Assembly (NCBI GenBank): GCA_002269645.1
Contig: NIVC01000686.1
Span: 1-64,000, forward strand
Origin: Macrostomum lignano
Taxonomy: Eukaryota
Length of the DNA: 64,000 nt
Reading direction: 5' to 3'
Shown: piece after piece, positions 51,305 through 64,000 of the stretch
Layout: every line of letters begins with the position of its first letter
Numbering within the stretch: the stretch's first letter is position 1
Made by a program: the position numbers and the translations under genes
The notes under the pieces: generated by a model
The model's input: only the letters and a program-made list of their open reading frames with translations
Databases searched by the model: none
What the model was told of the DNA's origin: nothing

Positions 51305-51662
51305 TTCCCATTAGAAAAGTGATGCAACTACGTAGGCATAAAAGGTGAGCAAGGTGCACAAAAGAAGCACTTTAGTGGCCAATTTAGTGTGTGTTTAGGA
51401 AATACACTGTACATATACACCTTATGCACCTTTACTGCCCCTACTGCCACAACCAATAAAAATTTACAATTCCCCCAATGCCTGACCACTTCACCAAATG
51501 TGCACCTTTCATGTCTCTTTTCAAAAATATTGGTGACATTCAGGCATAAAAGGTGCACTCAGGTGCATTTCCAAAACACACAAAATATGCCACTAAAGTG
51601 CCTCTTGTGCACCTCACTCACATTTTATGCCTCTCCAGGTGCATAACTTTTCTAATGGGTAA
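51305..51662. mobile_element. MITE with ~75-bp imperfect TIRs
   Basis: CCCATTAGAAAAGT...GGCATAAAA...GCACTTTAGTGGC is mirrored by GCCACTAAAGTGC...TTTTATGCC...ACTTTTCTAATGGG. Confidence 0.75.
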
Positions 51663-52133
51663 TATAAGTCTATGATTTTTATATTTAAGTTCTAGCCATG
51701 GCCAAGTAAAAATATTTTTTTAGATTTGAGATATCTCCATATATATGCTACCTCTAAGATTTATGCTGATTATCCATTATGTCATTTTGTATTCTATATA
51801 CTAAAAATGGAATGTTTTTTAATAACTTACCTAAAAATTAATATCAGAGGTTTTTAAATCAGTAACAGAATTTGATTAAATGGAGAGAGAAACAATATGC
51901 ATTATACAGTATAATTATTGTTGGCTTTTTATGATTTCTGTTAGTACTATAACTATTAAAAATGTGTATAACTATATTATCTAAGAGATCATCTTATATA
52001 CATATTTAATATTATCTCTAGTTGGATATAAGCTTAGAGATGAATGTAATAACTAAATTAATTGCAGTTAAATAAAATTTCTCTGTGTCTATCTCCAATC
52101 ATGTCTCCCTATGTACCTGTTGCAGGTAATGCA

Positions 52134-62041
<9,908 letters not shown>

Positions 62042-63299
62042 CGCCCCCCTCCCTCCCTGTATGAATGATGATTAGTGCAACACAGCTGTTACACAGGCGC
62101 TAATCCTGTAATTCGATTCCATATATATATTTATAGTAAGTTGATTAATCACATAGATTATAAACATTGGAACGCCCAAAAGTTGGTGCGAAATCCCTTT
62201 TGTTATCATTGGCCACGGATACTAAAATAGCTACGACGTAGATGGGCCACTCAGGCATATATACTTAGCAAAACAGCTTTCTACTGTCAGTTCAGTGGCA
62301 AAGAAGAATCCATAAGCTATTTTATAAAAATACAGGCAGCTGAAATGACTTTGATAAGTTTAGAAGCCCAAGCTTTCAGGCGTAAACAACTTGCTAATTG
62401 GTTCAGCAATAATGTACATTGGCCAGTCCACTGAAATGTACATGGCAGCTTTAGGCTGGAATTCCGAGAATGACAATAAAAATTGGGGCTGGACGTCGGG
62501 GGGGGGGGTAGTCTGGAAAGGCGCGGTTGGAGGGTTTGAGCGGGGGGGTAAGAGCCTATAAATGAGCCTTGGCTTTAAAAATACATACTAAAAATACTAC
62601 TAAACTAAAAGTAGCTTACACGCAAATGTGCTGTGTGGCCCATCTAGTTATTCTAGTATCTGTGTTACAGATCAAATCAGGGCTTAATTATTCAAATTAT
62701 TTTCAGTTATTTTTTAGTATCGATCTGTCTGCCTGTTGGTACTGTCTGTCTGCCTGTTGGCTAATATATTTTATTTCTTAATACGCGTAATTATACTTTC
62801 TCTTTTTATCAAGCAATCAGGAAATAATGCTTTAATTGTTTTGCCGCGTTAAGTTCGCTGATGCCACGAATTGCCCAGCCAGCCGGCCTCCCCCCGTCTG
62901 TCTGTCCAGTGTGTTTCAAATGAGTTACCAGGCGAGAACTTCAGGAATTCATACACTTTTTATTGGTTTCGATATTTATCCTAATCTGCTCCCCCCCCCC
63001 CGACTCTGTTTTGCCCAATCCACATGCTGCTATTCTCACGTGTACACTTTGGCAGGAGATTTCATCTGGTTTTTTAACTGCTTTAACTGCGCCTCACTTA
63101 CTTTGTGTTTTTTTATAAATATTTTTGTGTTCTATTTTCTGCAAGTAGCCGTAACTGCTCTGTTGAATCAGGTGTCTCTGCGTGATTTTGTAACCGCTTT
63201 TCTTGTGCTCTGCTATTGCTGCTTTCAGTGCTATCGAGAGCTGCTCCAGCTGCTTGTAATCCTGCAGCTAATCAGCTTCTGTGCTCAGTCTGAGCAGCC

Positions 63300-63815
63300 T
63301 CCCCCTGCAGTTGCTGGGCCAGCCTCCCAGATCCTCAGTTGCTGGGCTACTGCCGACCTCGATCCTCCTGCAGTTGCTGGGCTACTGCCGACCTCCCAGA
63401 TCCTCAGTTGCTGGGTCATCACCAGCCTCCCAGATCCTCAGTTGCTGGGTCATCACCAGCCTCCCAGATCCTCAGTTGCTGGGTCATCACCAGCCTCCCA
63501 GATCCTCAGTTGCTGGGTCATCACCAGCCTCCCAGATCCTCAGTTGCTGGGTCATCATCAGCCTCCCAGATCCTCAGTTGCTGGGTCATCACCAGCCTCC
63601 CAGATCCTCAGTTGCTGGGTCATCATCAGCCTCCCAGATCCTCAGTTGCTGGGTCATCACCAGCCTCCCAGATCCTCAGTTGCTGGGTCATCATCAGCCT
63701 CCCAGATCCTCAGTTGCTGGGTCATCACCAGCCTCCCAGATCCTCAGTTGCTGGGTCATCATCAGCCTCCCAGTTCCTCAGTTGCTGGGTCATCACCAGC
63801 CTCCCAGATCCTCAG
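63300..63815. repeat. 34-bp minisatellite
   Basis: Unit CCTCCCAGATCCTCAGTTGCTGGGTCATCACCAG. Confidence 0.95.
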
Positions 63816-64000
63816 TTTAAACTCGAATCTGGCTGTACTGGCTGAGCTGTGGGTCGTTCTATTTTTTTATTCCCAAACTATGTTGTCGTTACCTCCAGCT
63901 TTACCAAACTACCTCGCTATGTTTTATATGCGCTTTGCATTGTATCTGTTCTCGTGAAGATTGCTGGCTGCATTGGCATTGCCGCCCTGTGTCACCCGCA

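Noticed and set aside
62836-63957. 373-aa ORF
   Set aside because: TTG start, and largely the 34-bp minisatellite; no domain.

Overview
Eukaryotic (animal) genomic DNA. GC-rich exons and minisatellite-filled introns suggest a free-living flatworm such as Macrostomum; this is inference and was not verified. Left to right: (1) 0.8-17 kb is a tandem array of eight intronless Rho-family GTPase genes or pseudogenes: two canonical Rac, one truncated Rac, three RhoL-like and two very divergent copies. (2) RPL10 on the minus strand, with one 2.4-kb minisatellite intron. (3) An ATP9/Neo1-type P4-ATPase on the minus strand, 11 exons traced from 36281 to 21801; its first exon was not found, and almost every intron holds its own minisatellite, SINE or MITE. 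(4) A roughly 16-kb AT-rich, gene-free stretch full of MITE, foldback and Helitron-like relics. (5) A 4-exon, 921-aa single-pass membrane protein with a probable ZP module (52134-62041), whose first intron carries an intact DD37E Tc1/mariner-superfamily transposon. The most notable system is the diversifying Rho array. Its copies differ at the catalytic (G12, F28, Q61), effector-loop (F37, Y40) and prenylation (CAAX) positions. Part of the array arose by a segmental duplication that also copied a piece of the ATP9 3' end.
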